DNA from: an uncultured Planctomycetaceae bacterium
GTDB lineage: Bacteria; Planctomycetota; Planctomycetia; Planctomycetales; Planctomycetaceae
Direction: 5' to 3'
Assembly (NCBI GenBank): GCA_963815195.1
Contig: CAWFGE010000022.1
Span: forward strand, 1 to 64,000
DNA: 64,000 nucleotides
The position numbers were made by a program, and so were the translations under genes. Under the pieces are notes generated by a model. That model worked only from the letters and a program-made list of their open reading frames with translations, was not told the DNA's origin and ran no database searches. Shown piece by piece: positions 62,475 to 64,000 of the stretch (position 1 is the first letter of the stretch; each line of letters begins with the position of its first letter).

Positions 62475-63998
62475 GCTCGCGGCGCCGTCGAGGCTGCTCC
62501 AGGCTTTTTTGAGTTGGGCGTGCGACTGCGAACCGGGGGGCCGCGTGGAGAACGCCGCCCGCAGGTACAAAAGCGCCACCGGCCGCACGCTGCTTGCCAG
62601 GCCCGAATCGTGCCGGGCCAGTTCCTGCACGTATTCGGTCGGCGTCTGGTCGGGGCGTTTGGGGCAGCCGTGCTCGGCTCCCCAGGCTTGGAGCGCATCG
62701 TAGGTGTACTCGATCAGCTCGATCGTGCCCATGTCCCGCTCCATGCCGTTGCGGAACGGGTTGGGATACTCCGCAAACGGTTTGATCGGCCGCTGTTTGA
62801 GCCGCTCTTCCAACACGGCCTCGGCGGGTTTTCGCTCTTTGGGCTTTCGCCCGAACAAACCTGCCAACAAGTCGCGAAGATCGCTGAGAAACCGCGACAA
62901 CCCTGCTGCGACCATCTCCCAATTCCGCAGGACGTAAATCACCACGAACACCGCAAAGGCGATATAAATCAGCCATTTGACGATCCTGGCGACCGAACTC
63001 CCCACGGAACTCGAAGGCGACGACTGGGATTGCTGCTTCGACGAACCTTGCTGATCGCTTTGTTTCTCCGATTGGAGTTGTCCGCCGCCGGGTTCTTTTT
63101 TGTTGGCCTGTTGGTCTTTGTTTTCGCCCTTTTGATTTTTTTGCTCGCCTTGGCCTTTTTGCTGATCGGAGGTTTTCGATTGGCCTTCGTTGTCGCCTTT
63201 TTTGCCTTGGCTTGGTTTCTTGCCGCCTTTGCTGGACGAGGAGCCTTCTTTTTTGCCTTGGCCTCCGGAGGCGGGTTGATCGGACTTTGAAGTCTGGCCC
63301 GGCTGCTCGCCGTGGTTGCCTTTTTGGCCTTCGCCGTTTTTCTGAGATTCCTCTTCCTTGGCTTCGCGGCCGACCCGGCGGCCTTCGCCTTTGCCGGCGT
63401 CGTCGCTGCCCATCGCATAGTCCGACGCCTCGCCGATTTTCTCGCTGATGGTATCCACCAGGTTCGTCACCGAATAGCTTGCATTCGGCCGCGGCAAGAG
63501 CAGGCACAGGATCAAGATCCCGAGCGCAACCATCGCCCCCAGCCCGATCCAACGGCCGGTCATCTTGGCGGGCATCGACAACTTCCGCTGCCTGAGATAA
63601 CGCCGGAGCCCCAAAAAACTCGTGGTGAGCAGCAGCCCCAAACCGGCCGCCACATAAAACCACAAATACCGAAACGCCGACGACCGCCGGTCTGCATCGC
63701 TCGCGGGAATAAACACCTGCCCCAGCCCGAACAAAGGCAACGCCGCGAGCGAAAAATACACGACCCACAACCCCGGCGCATGCGGCCGGCGGCTGGGCGG
63801 TTCCTCAGGTTGGGCTTCATCGTTCGCGGCCGGCTTCGAGAGAGATTCCTCATCGTCCGCGTGGGCGTTCTGCACCGCCTCGGGAGCCTCCTCGCCGTCA
63901 TCGAGTCCCGTGATCTGGAGCAAACCCTGCCCGGAGGCATCCTGCGAATCGTCGATCAGCGTGCAATCCCACGTCAGCTTTTTCGCGCACCACCAGAC
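62463..63998 (-). CDS. Membrane protein with low-complexity linker and C-terminal DUF4129-like domain (5' partial)
   Basis: Frame open to the window edge; PGLWVVYFSLAALPLFGLGQ, YTYDALQAW...PDQTPTEY. Confidence 0.75.
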   Translation of the reverse strand, partial: VWWCAKKLTWDCTLIDDSQDASGQGLLQITGLDDGEEAPEAVQNAHADDEESLSKPAANDEAQPEEPPSRRPHAPGLWVVYFSLAALPLFGLGQVFIPASDADRRSSAFRYLWFYVAAGLGLLLTTSFLGLRRYLRQRKLSMPAKMTGRWIGLGAMVALGILILCLLLPRPNASYSVTNLVDTISEKIGEASDYAMGSDDAGKGEGRRVGREAKEEESQKNGEGQKGNHGEQPGQTSKSDQPASGGQGKKEGSSSSKGGKKPSQGKKGDNEGQSKTSDQQKGQGEQKNQKGENKDQQANKKEPGGGQLQSEKQSDQQGSSKQQSQSSPSSSVGSSVARIVKWLIYIAFAVFVVIYVLRNWEMVAAGLSRFLSDLRDLLAGLFGRKPKERKPAEAVLEERLKQRPIKPFAEYPNPFRNGMERDMGTIELIEYTYDALQAWGAEHGCPKRPDQTPTEYVQELARHDSGLASSVRPVALLYLRAAFSTRPPGSQSHAQLKKAWSSLDGAASLSS

Positions 63999-64000
63999 CA

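Overview
GC-rich chromosomal window from a Planctomycete. The assignment rests on family hallmarks: a DUF1501 + DUF1549/DUF1553 (PSD1/PSCyt) pair, a DUF1559 prepilin-like gene with partner lipoprotein, a PVC-type heme-binding CxxCH protein, DUF3500 and a planctomycete-type kinase N-terminus. About 50 CDS are present. Housekeeping genes: pgk, hppA, rsfS, groES-groEL, mgtE, beta-carbonic anhydrase, a PfkB kinase and an RND pair. No rRNA, tRNA, CRISPR array or intact transposase was seen. Most notable: (1) a family 1 encapsulin with ferritin-like cargo and loading peptide, followed by an HPF/RaiA-like gene; (2) a protease-RimK(+RCK_C)-deacylase operon divergent from mgtE; (3) a compact SF2 helicase + DUF932-like pair, a RelE-like/UvrD fusion and a solo HsdR_N nuclease as candidate defence or DNA-processing modules; (4) a membrane pyrophosphatase with the Na+,H+ dual-pump signature; (5) a sigma-54-type promoter with a palindromic upstream site at groESL; (6) dense REP-like palindromes, including a nested MITE and several cases where a REP arm sits beside a duplication of its flank. 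Four frameshifts in conserved genes look like assembly errors. All family calls come from motif recognition by eye, not from database searches.
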